Shown: positions 56,233 through 64,000 of the stretch, in pieces
Numbering within the stretch: position 1 is the stretch's first letter
Layout: each line of letters opens with the position of its first letter
NCBI GenBank assembly: GCA_003009755.1
Contig: PXUB01000045.1
Span: 1-64,000 of the forward strand
Direction of reading: 5' to 3'
Source: Thermoplasmatales archaeon SW_10_69_26
GTDB taxonomy: Archaea > Thermoplasmatota > SW-10-69-26
Length of the DNA stretch: 64,000 nt
Made by a program: the position numbers and the translations under genes
The notes under the pieces: model-generated
Told to the model about the DNA's origin: nothing
What the model saw: only the letters and a program-made list of their open reading frames with translations
Databases searched by the model: none

Positions 56233-57384
56233 TCACGTTGGCGGTTCGTCGTCGAGGTCGGTGACCTGGTCGAGGGCCTGGGCGATCTGCTCGATCTCGT
56301 CGATCGTGTTGTAGAAGTAGGGGCTGACGCGGACGCGACCGGGGCGGTGGTCGACGATGATGTCGCGTTTGGCCAGGCGCTGGACGACGGACTCGGGGTC
56401 CTCGACGTCGACCATGACGATGCCGGCGCGTTCCTCGGCGTCGAGAGGGGTCTCGATCGAGAAGCCGCGGTCGTGCAGCCGGTCGACGAGGTCGGTGGTG
56501 AGCTCGGTCTGGCGTTCGCAGATCGTCGCCGGGCCGAGCTCGTCGACGATCGCGAGCCCGGCGTTGCCGGCGTGGACGCTGGGCAGCGAGGGGGTGCCCA
56601 TCTCGAAGCGGCGGGCATCTTGCCGGGGGCGGAACGTGGTCGTGTCGAACGCGAAGGGCCGCTCGTCGCCGAACCAGCCGGCCATGTCGGGGGACAGCTG
56701 GCGTTGGGTGTCGCGGTCGACGTAGAGGTAGGCGATGCCGGTGCCGCCGAGCAGCCACTTGAGGCCGCCGGTGACGAGGACGTCGCATCCGACCTCGTCG
56801 ACGTCGGTCCCCAGCTGGCCGGTGCCCTGGTAGGCGTCGACGATCGAGAGGGCGCCGGCGTCGGCGGCGGCCTCGGAGAGGCGCTGGATGTCCTGGACGG
56901 CGCCGGTGGCGTAGAAGACGTGCGAGGTGGCCAAGGCGGCCGTGTCGTCGTCGAGGGCGTCCTCGATCGTCTCCGCCGGGACGCGGATGCCGTCGGGGGA
57001 GTCCAGGATCTCGAGGTCGGCCGCGGGGCGGTCCTGCCAGGTGCGGGCGACGGTCGGGAAGTCGAGCTCGGTGGTGACGACGCGGGACCGGTCCTCGTAG
57101 GTGAGGCCGCTGGCGATCGCGTTCATCGCGGTGGAGACGTTCGCAAGCAGGGCGACCTCGTCGACGCCGGCGCCGATCAGGTCGGCGAAGCGCTCGCGGG
57201 TGTCGTCCAGCACGCCCAGCCAGGTGTCGTACCAGGCGCTGGCGCCGCGGGTCTCCCACGCCTCGAGGTGAGTGCGGACGGCGCCGCGGACGCGCTGGGA
57301 GAGCGCGCACAGGCTGCAGGAGTTGAGGTAGGTCGTCTGCTCGAGCGTCGGGAACTCCGAGCGAAGCGGGGCGTCCGTCATCAC
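56233..57384 (-). CDS. Class V PLP-dependent aminotransferase (kynureninase/cysteine desulfurase-like)
   Basis: YLNSCS, LDFPT, SHV, VDAYQ, GGLKWLLGG (PLP Lys) and RRFEMGT motifs. Confidence 0.9.
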   Translation of the reverse strand: MMTDAPLRSEFPTLEQTTYLNSCSLCALSQRVRGAVRTHLEAWETRGASAWYDTWLGVLDDTRERFADLIGAGVDEVALLANVSTAMNAIASGLTYEDRSRVVTTELDFPTVARTWQDRPAADLEILDSPDGIRVPAETIEDALDDDTAALATSHVFYATGAVQDIQRLSEAAADAGALSIVDAYQGTGQLGTDVDEVGCDVLVTGGLKWLLGGTGIAYLYVDRDTQRQLSPDMAGWFGDERPFAFDTTTFRPRQDARRFEMGTPSLPSVHAGNAGLAIVDELGPATICERQTELTTDLVDRLHDRGFSIETPLDAEERAGIVMVDVEDPESVVQRLAKRDIIVDHRPGRVRVSPYFYNTIDEIEQIAQALDQVTDLDDEPPT

Positions 57385-57390
57385 AGGGCC

Positions 57391-58434
57391 TCAGGGCTTG
57401 CGTCGAGTGAGCAGCGCGAGGCTTGCGAGCAGGCTGGCCAGCGCCGCCAGGCCCAGGCCGGGGCTCTCGTTGGGCTCGGGCTGGTTGGGTTCGACCTCCA
57501 CGTTGTTGGGCTCGAGGTCGGTGGTGAGCTCTGTGCCGTTCACGCCGACGTACACCGTCTCGTGGGCGCCCAGGTCGGAGACGACCTCGACGGCCAGCGG
57601 GTCGACCGCGTCGGGGCTGGGGTCGGCCTCGACGGTGAACGTCGTCGTCTCGCCGTCCGGGAGCGAGGTCTGGGCCGAGCCGTTGATGGACGCGTTCCAG
57701 GCCTCGGGGGCGGAGACGTCGGCGGTGACGTGTTGCCCGTTGCCCAGCGTGTTCTCGACCGTGACGTCGACCCCGGTCTCGGTCGGGGTCGTCGACAGCT
57801 CCACGTAGCCGTGGGGGCCGGCCAGTTCGAGGCTGTCGACCATGCGCTCGCTCTCTTGGGGGATCTCGCCCTGGCCTTGGGAGTTCGGCAGGAAGATCCC
57901 GCCGGGGGCGACGTCGCGCACGTCGTCGTCGGCGCGCGATTCCATCTTGATGTCTTCGACGGAGGCGCCCGGGGCGACGCCGAGCTGGTCGTAGGAGACG
58001 AAGGTCTGCATCCGGGAGGTGACGCCGGTGAACGGCGGATCGTCCTCGGTGACGTTGGCGACGAGCACCTCCATGTCGCCCTCCCACGTCTGGTCGTCGG
58101 TCGTGGTGATCGTCAGCTCCTGGGCGCCGTCGGTCGTCGTGGCCTCGATGTCGACGGCCAGCTGGTCGGAGAGCTCGGTCGGGGCGAAGCCCCCGTACAG
58201 GGTGAACCGGAAGACGAGGCCGGGTTCCTCGAGGGTCTGGGCGTAGGCCTCGCGCACGAACAGGTTGTACAGATCGTAGCCGTCGTACCAGTAGAAGGTG
58301 TCCTCGCCTTCGTCGGCCAGCACGTGGACGGCGTTGTCCAGTGGGTCCGGCGCGGCGTGGGCGCCCGCGGTCGAGGCCAAGCCCGGGGTGGCCACGACGA
58401 GCGCCAGGACGAGGGGGCCGACGAGCTTCCGCAT
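57391..58434 (-). CDS. Secreted protein with PGF-CTERM-like sorting signal
   Basis: Signal peptide; C-terminal ESPGLG, TM helix and RRKP. Confidence 0.75.
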   Translation of the reverse strand: MRKLVGPLVLALVVATPGLASTAGAHAAPDPLDNAVHVLADEGEDTFYWYDGYDLYNLFVREAYAQTLEEPGLVFRFTLYGGFAPTELSDQLAVDIEATTTDGAQELTITTTDDQTWEGDMEVLVANVTEDDPPFTGVTSRMQTFVSYDQLGVAPGASVEDIKMESRADDDVRDVAPGGIFLPNSQGQGEIPQESERMVDSLELAGPHGYVELSTTPTETGVDVTVENTLGNGQHVTADVSAPEAWNASINGSAQTSLPDGETTTFTVEADPSPDAVDPLAVEVVSDLGAHETVYVGVNGTELTTDLEPNNVEVEPNQPEPNESPGLGLAALASLLASLALLTRRKP

Positions 58435-58539
58435 GCAGGCCTGCCAGGTCGTGGGGTGTTGTCATTCTTTCGCGTACACTCACCGGTCAATGTTCGTGGA
58501 CGATCAGGCTCAAGGCCAGCGAGCGCGTGGGCTGACCCG

Positions 58540-58956
58540 ATGCGTGGGGCCCGCCTGGCCGCCTGGATGGCGATGCTCGCCGGGGTGGCCAGCCTCGCCT
58601 ATGCCGGGCTGCGGGGCGATCTGGACGTGTACCTGCTCGTGGTGGTCCCCGTCGTCATGGGCACCGGCGCCTGGGCGGGGATGGGTATGCTCGCCGTGGT
58701 CGCGGGGTTGGCCGGGCTCGCGTGGACCTCGTCGACGCTTGGGTCGCCGCCGAGACCGGGGACTGGGGACCCTAGCCCCCAGCGGCCCGAGCAACAGACG
58801 CGGGAGGAGACCAAGACGCGCGGTGGCGGTGTGATCTTGATCGGGCCGATCCCGATCGCGTGGGGGTCGGACCGCTCCACCACGCGCTGGCTGGTCGCCG
58901 CCGGTCTGGCGTTGACCGTGGCGGCCGTCGTGCTCACGCTCGTGCTGCGATCGTAG
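58540..58956 (+). CDS. DUF131 (TIGR00304-like) membrane protein
   Basis: GGGVILIGPIPIAWGSD signature. Confidence 0.82.
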   Translation: MRGARLAAWMAMLAGVASLAYAGLRGDLDVYLLVVVPVVMGTGAWAGMGMLAVVAGLAGLAWTSSTLGSPPRPGTGDPSPQRPEQQTREETKTRGGGVILIGPIPIAWGSDRSTTRWLVAAGLALTVAAVVLTLVLRS

Positions 58957-59281
58957 GCCGGCCGAGGATCCCGAGGGCGCCGAGGGCGGCGGGCTCGGTG
59001 GGTGTGGAGGGCATCAGGACGAGGACGAGGATGCCGACGAGCAGCGCCAGCCAGGCCGGGTCATCGCGGCGGCGGTGGGCCGAGTTCTGGCCGAGCAGGC
59101 CGACGGTGACGAGGCCGAGCGCGATCGCGTAGGTTGCCCACCACGCGATGGCGGTCTCGATCGTGACGTCGAGCACGCGCACCGTGGAGACGTAGGTGGC
59201 GAACCGGGCGGCGGCCAAGACGGCTGACGCCAGCACGACGACCCACATCGCGACCTCTCGTCCCTGCTCGACGTCGACCAT
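58934..59281 (-). CDS. Hypothetical membrane protein
   Basis: Three hydrophobic segments; co-oriented downstream of nikR. Confidence 0.5.
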   Translation of the reverse strand: MVDVEQGREVAMWVVVLASAVLAAARFATYVSTVRVLDVTIETAIAWWATYAIALGLVTVGLLGQNSAHRRRDDPAWLALLVGILVLVLMPSTPTEPAALGALGILGRPTIAARA

Positions 59282-59321
59282 CGTGACGGGCAGCGTGCTT
59301 GGGTGCGTGAAGGTTTCGCCC

Positions 59322-59726
59322 TCACGCGCTGCCGACGGGGCGCGAGACGACGTCGGTGAACACGACGTCGGCCAGCCGGATGGCTCGGACGCCGCGGAGC
59401 GCGTCGAGGAACTCCCGGATGCGTTCGCCCGGGCCGTCGAGCATGAACATCTCGGTGCAGTGGTGCTCGGTGTGGCCGTGCATCATCGAGGAGACGATGT
59501 CGCCGAAGCGGTGGCGGACGCGGCCGATCTCCTCCTGCACCTCGTCGGGGTAGACGACGGTCAGGGTGGCCGATCGCTCGTCGCCGGTGGCCTCGATCTC
59601 CTCGTTCAACAAGTCGCGGGCCGCCGTGCGGAACAGCTCGCTTCGCCCGGCGTAGCCTCGCTCGTCGATGAACTCGTCCACCCTCTCGAGCAACCGATCC
59701 GGCAACGAGATGCTCACGACCGCCAT
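59322..59726 (-). CDS. nikR: NikR-family ribbon-helix-helix metal-responsive regulator
   Basis: VVSISLP...GYAGRSELFR RHH domain; ACT-like domain with H...HGH...C metal ligands. Confidence 0.88.
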   Translation of the reverse strand: MAVVSISLPDRLLERVDEFIDERGYAGRSELFRTAARDLLNEEIEATGDERSATLTVVYPDEVQEEIGRVRHRFGDIVSSMMHGHTEHHCTEMFMLDGPGERIREFLDALRGVRAIRLADVVFTDVVSRPVGSA

Positions 59727-59735
59727 CGCTATCTA

Positions 59736-59764
59736 TTGATAACAAACCCCCGGCAACCTATCAA
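59736..59764. promoter_or_regulatory. Candidate NikR-type operator 1
   Basis: TTGATA-N17-TATCAA inverted repeat immediately upstream of nikR. Confidence 0.55.
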
Positions 59765-59829
59765 GATGTCGGCGTTCACAACCCGAAGGCCGAGGTTTCA
59801 CATCGAGTCACCAACGGCGGGCGTGAAGA

Positions 59830-59859
59830 GTTCATAGTCTTAGGGGTAAGCTTATGAAC
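59830..59859. promoter_or_regulatory. Candidate NikR-type operator 2
   Basis: GTTCATA-N16-TATGAAC inverted repeat overlapping the likely TATA region of the ZIP gene. Confidence 0.65.
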
Positions 59860-59879
59860 ATCGTGGTCGTGGCCTCGGT

Positions 59880-60650
59880 ATGGTGCTCACGTTCGCCGGC
59901 TGGGTTCTCGCCGTCACCCTGATCCCCTTCCTGGCCGGCCTGCCGCCGGTGCTGGACCGGGCGATCGGCGACCGCCCGCTCCACGCGATGCTGGGCCTGG
60001 CGGCCGGCCTCATGGTCGGGGTCGCCTTCCTGCGCATCCTGCCCCGCATGTTCGGCCAGGGGGACAGCGCCGCCACGCTGACGCTGGGCGTGAGCTTCGT
60101 CCTCCTCTACGTCCTCGAGGGCCTGGCCAGCGTGCACGGGCACAGCCCCCACGACCACGAGCACGCCCACGGCCACGAACCCGGCGACCACTTCGCCAGC
60201 GCCCGCCGCATCCCCGGGCCGGCGCTGGGCGCTCTCGGCGTGCACATGTTCCTCGACGGGCTGATCCTGGCGCCCGCCTTCGCCGTCGACGCCGCGCTCG
60301 GCGTCTCGGCCGGGCTGGCCATCGCCGCCCACAAGGTCCCCGGCGGGCTGGCGACCGGGACGATCCTCGCCGGCACCGAGCTTGCTCGCCGCGGCCGCCT
60401 GATCGGGTTGGCGGCCGTCGCGGGATCGACCGCCGTCGGTGCCCTCGTCGGGATGGCGCTGGTCGACGTCGCCGGCCTGTTGCCCCACCTTTTGGCCCTG
60501 GCGGCCTCGACGCTTTTGTTCGTGGCCGTCGCCGAGCTGTTGCCCGAGCTGCACCACGGCCCGCACAAAGGCCACGTCGTGAGCGGGCTGGCCGCCGGGT
60601 TCGGAGCGATCGTCGCACTGGGAGCCGCACTGGGCTACGTGGGCCTGTAA
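59880..60650 (+). CDS. ZIP family divalent metal transporter
   Basis: His-rich loop (HGHSPHDHEHAHGH), HMFLDG, HKVPGG and ELLPELH motifs. Confidence 0.92.
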   Translation: MVLTFAGWVLAVTLIPFLAGLPPVLDRAIGDRPLHAMLGLAAGLMVGVAFLRILPRMFGQGDSAATLTLGVSFVLLYVLEGLASVHGHSPHDHEHAHGHEPGDHFASARRIPGPALGALGVHMFLDGLILAPAFAVDAALGVSAGLAIAAHKVPGGLATGTILAGTELARRGRLIGLAAVAGSTAVGALVGMALVDVAGLLPHLLALAASTLLFVAVAELLPELHHGPHKGHVVSGLAAGFGAIVALGAALGYVGL

Positions 60651-60695
60651 CCGGTGGGGACAGGTTCATACCGGAGCTCGCGGTCCACCCCGACG

Positions 60696-61843
60696 ATGAG
60701 CCTCCCGCGCACGTCGGCTGGCGTCACCGCCGGGCTGTGTTGCCTCGTCGTCCTCGCGAGCGGATGGGCTCCGCTGGCGGCGGCTCACAACCCAGCCGAG
60801 ACGGTGTTCCATCCGGCGCCCGTCGGGGACCGTCACCTCGTCGCCGGTGGCGAGGGGACCTATGCCTACCTCGACGGGGAGGGCCAAGCCGAGGGTCGGG
60901 GCAACCTCTCCGGGGATGGCGAGGTCGTGTCGGCGCCGGTCACGACCGGCGACCAGGCGGCCGTCGTGGTCCGAACCTCGCCCGATCGGGTCCCCCACGT
61001 CCAGGCCTTCGACGAGGAGGGACCGACGGGCGGCAGACGAGCTTGACCAGCGCGGGCGATCTCGTAAGCGAGCACGAGCTCCCGGCCGAGCCCCAGGCCC
61101 GCCCGGCCCCGGCCGAGGAGGGCTACTGGCTGCCGACCGACGACGGGATCGTTCGCGCCCTTGAGGGCGAGGTCGTCGACGAGCGCTCGTACGCGGGCAC
61201 GCCGACCGACGTGACGTCCACCGACGAGTGGGTGCTCGTCAGCCTCTCCCACCGCGAGCGCGACGGCGGGACCCTGATGGCCTACGAGCCCGACCTCGAT
61301 CGGGTGTTCTCCCGCGGGCTGGACGGCCTGCAACTGGGCGGCCAACCGGCCGTCCTCGACGATCGCATCGTGGTGGCCACCTACGACCCCGATGGCGCCC
61401 GCGTGATCGCGCTCGACGACCAGAACGGCTCGATCGCGTGGGAGACCAGCCTCGGCGAGGCGACCGCCGCCGCGCCCGCCCTGGCCGGCGACCGGATCGT
61501 CGCCGCGACGACCGAGGGCACCGTGGCTCTCACGACCGGGGGTCAGCGGACCTGGAACGCCAGCGACGACCCCTACATCGCGAGCCCGGGCGTCCTCGGC
61601 GACCTCGTCCTCCCCTCCAGCGCGAACGACGAGCTGGTCGCCCTGCACACGGACGGGACGGTGGCTTGGACGTGGAGCGACGGCGTGGACTCGCCGCCCT
61701 ACACCCACCACGGGGGCACGGATGCGGCCTCCGAGGACGGGGACGAGACCGACGACCCCGACCCGCAAGCGACGCCCACCCTCGGGCTCCTCGGGCTCAC
61801 CGTCGTCGGTTGGACTGCCCTGAGAGCCCGCCGCGACGACTGA
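60696..61843 (+). pseudogene. Secreted PQQ-like beta-propeller protein with C-terminal sorting signal, frameshift near 61035
   Basis: Signal peptide and first blades in one frame (to 61046); remaining blades (GSIAWET, GTVAWTW) and TPTLG-TM-RARR tail in another. Confidence 0.7.
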
Positions 61844-61890
61844 GGCCCCGAGCGAAGCGTCTTTCAACCGTCCGGAGCTGAACAAGCAGC

Positions 61891-64000
61891 GTGTCCTCGC
61901 CCGCGAGCGCCGGCGTCGCGGCCCCGGGCCAGCGGACGCTGCGGGTCGATCTGCCGATCGTGCTGCCCGGCGTGGACCACGCCGGCGACGCCTGCATCCA
62001 GCGCGTCATGGACCGGTTGGCCGGTCAGCGAGGCATCCTCGATGCCCACGTCGTCGGCGGCGACGAGGACCGCGACCCTGCGCTGCCGGCGGCCGGCGTC
62101 GAGGCCGAGCTGTGCTTGCACTACGATCCCGACGATATCGACCTGGAGACGGTCGAGCGCCTCGTCGAGGACGCCGGGGCCGCCGTCGAGGATCGCTTCG
62201 GCCACGAGCGCCTGCGGGTTGGCGCCATGGACTGCGCCGACTGCGTGACGAGCATCGAGCACGTCGTCGCCCGCCACCCGGGCGTGCTGGACGTCTCCGT
62301 CAACTACGCCGCCGAGCGGATGCACGTCGAGTGGGACTCGAACGAGACCGACCTGGCCGCGATCGTCGACCGCGTCGAGGCGATGGGCTACCCCATCTCC
62401 ACCGGCGACGAGCACCACGACCCCGGCAACCGGCGCCTGATCGCCACGATCGCGGCCGCCGGCCTGCTGGCCGTCGGCTTCGCCTTGGAGACCTTGGTCG
62501 GCGTCCCCGAGCCCGTCGCGGTCGCCTTCTACGCGGCCGCCTACGTCGGGGCTGGCTGGGACGCGACACGCCATGCCGTCGGCGCGCTCCGCGCGGGCAG
62601 CCTGGACATCGACGTGCTCATGGTCGCGGCCGCCCTCGGCGCGGCCGGCTTGGGCTTGTGGGCCGAGGGCGCCCTGTTGCTCGTGCTGTTCAGCCTCGGC
62701 CACGCCCTCGAGCACCGCGCCCTGGATCGAGCCCGGTCCGCGATCGCCGAGCTGGGCCGGTTGACCCCGGAGACCGCCCGCCGCGTCAGCGACGAGGGCA
62801 CCGAGGAGATCGCGATCGAGACCGTCCAAGTCGGCGACCGCGTGCTGGTGCGCCCCGGCGACCGGATCCCCGTCGACGGCACGATCGTCGAGGGCACCTC
62901 GGCCGTGGACGAGGCCACGCTCACCGGCGAGCACCAGCCGGCGCGCAAGACGCCCGGCGAGGCGGTGTACGCCGGCACCGTCAACGGGGACGAGCGGTTG
63001 ATCGTCGAGGCGACCAGTGCCGGCGAGGACACGACGCTGGCTCACGTCGCCGACCTCGTCGAACGCGCCCAACGCCGCAAAGCCGGCCTGCAGCGGGTCA
63101 GCGAGCGCGTCGAGAGGTGGCTGACGCCGACCGTGCTCGTGCTCGTGGCTCTCGTCGCCCTCGTCCCGCCGTTGACGGCCCTCGCTTGGCCGGGCGCGCC
63201 TTCGTGGCTGGCCTTGCCCTGGCGGACGGCGATCACGCGCTCGATCGCCGTCCTCGTCGCCTCGGCTCCGTGCGCGCTGGCGATCAGCACGCCGGCCGCC
63301 GTGTTCTCGGCGTTGGCGGGGTCGGCCCACGAGGGCATCCTCGTGAAGGGCGGCGACCACCTGGAGACGCTGGGCCACCTGGAGGCGGTGGCCTTCGACA
63401 AGACCGGCACCCTCACCGCCGGGCGGTTCACGCTCACCGACATCTGCGCGCGAACCAGCGAGGACGAGCTGTTGCGAACGGCCGCCAGCCTCGAGCACGA
63501 CATCGCCCACCCGATCGCGAAGGCGATCGTGGCGGCGGCCCAACAGCGCCAGCTGAGCCTGGCCCCGGTGGACGAGCTGGCCAGCGATCCCGGCCGCGGC
63601 GTGGCGGGCACCCTCGAGGGAGCCGCCGTGCGCGTGGGCAACCGCGAGCACGTGGGATCGATCCCCGACGAGGTGGCCGAGCGTGCCCGCGAGCTGGAAG
63701 CCGCGGGCCGGAGCCTCGTGTTCGTGGAGACCGACGGCGAGATCGACGGGGTGCTCGGGTTGGCCGATCGGGCCCGACCCGAGGCGCCGGACGTGCTCGC
63801 GCGCATCCGGGAGGCCGGCGTCGAGCACACGGCGATGCTGACCGGGGACAACGAGACGGCCGCCCAAGCGGTGGCACAGGCGACGGGGATCGACGAGGTG
63901 CACGCCGAGCTCAGCCCCGAGGACAAGATCGACCGCGTGCGAGCGATGGCCGGCGAGCACGAGCACGTCGCCTTCGTCGGCGACGGCGTCAACGACGCGC
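61891..64000 (+). CDS. Heavy-metal P1B-type ATPase (ZntA/CadA-like), runs off the window end
   Basis: Translated from GTG 61891: MDCADC metal-binding domain, TGE, APCALAISTP, DKTGTLT, HP, MLTGD and VGDGVNDA. Confidence 0.93.
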   Translation, partial: MSSPASAGVAAPGQRTLRVDLPIVLPGVDHAGDACIQRVMDRLAGQRGILDAHVVGGDEDRDPALPAAGVEAELCLHYDPDDIDLETVERLVEDAGAAVEDRFGHERLRVGAMDCADCVTSIEHVVARHPGVLDVSVNYAAERMHVEWDSNETDLAAIVDRVEAMGYPISTGDEHHDPGNRRLIATIAAAGLLAVGFALETLVGVPEPVAVAFYAAAYVGAGWDATRHAVGALRAGSLDIDVLMVAAALGAAGLGLWAEGALLLVLFSLGHALEHRALDRARSAIAELGRLTPETARRVSDEGTEEIAIETVQVGDRVLVRPGDRIPVDGTIVEGTSAVDEATLTGEHQPARKTPGEAVYAGTVNGDERLIVEATSAGEDTTLAHVADLVERAQRRKAGLQRVSERVERWLTPTVLVLVALVALVPPLTALAWPGAPSWLALPWRTAITRSIAVLVASAPCALAISTPAAVFSALAGSAHEGILVKGGDHLETLGHLEAVAFDKTGTLTAGRFTLTDICARTSEDELLRTAASLEHDIAHPIAKAIVAAAQQRQLSLAPVDELASDPGRGVAGTLEGAAVRVGNREHVGSIPDEVAERARELEAAGRSLVFVETDGEIDGVLGLADRARPEAPDVLARIREAGVEHTAMLTGDNETAAQAVAQATGIDEVHAELSPEDKIDRVRAMAGEHEHVAFVGDGVNDA

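Noticed and set aside
60990-61060. Programmed ribosomal frameshift in the propeller gene
   Set aside because: No slippery heptamer, and sequence appears to be missing at the junction; deletion or assembly error is more likely.

Overview
A very GC-rich window with a strongly acidic (salt-in type) proteome, from an archaeon: PAN, aMBF1, rps6e, aIF2-gamma, RtcA, the mvk-ipk-fni cluster and archaeal TATA promoters are all present. A halophilic Thermoplasmatota-like lineage is plausible but is inference only. About 50 genes cover translation and RNA processing (map, Sua5, rnz, RNase R, asnS), isoprenoid synthesis, lipid/acyl-CoA catabolism, two-component signalling, a NikR-ZIP-P1B-ATPase metal locus and many secreted or lipo-proteins (S8 protease, CARDB, sorting-signal proteins). 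I found no tRNA, rRNA, CRISPR array or transposase. The most unusual signals are non-coding. (1) A dispersed two-hairpin intergenic repeat family has 5 copies, one flanked by a perfect 72-bp duplication of the neighbouring gene's 3' end. (2) A second 58-bp dispersed repeat ends in CTAG. (3) Gene 3' ends are duplicated at further loci. (4) Several genes carry short internal deletions or frameshifts (rnz, DUF309, PQQ propeller, pilin), which may be real or assembly artefacts. A coupled circularly permuted ATP-grasp ligase plus formylglutamate-amidohydrolase-like operon is the most interesting protein-coding module. All calls come from reading the sequence by eye; no searches were run.
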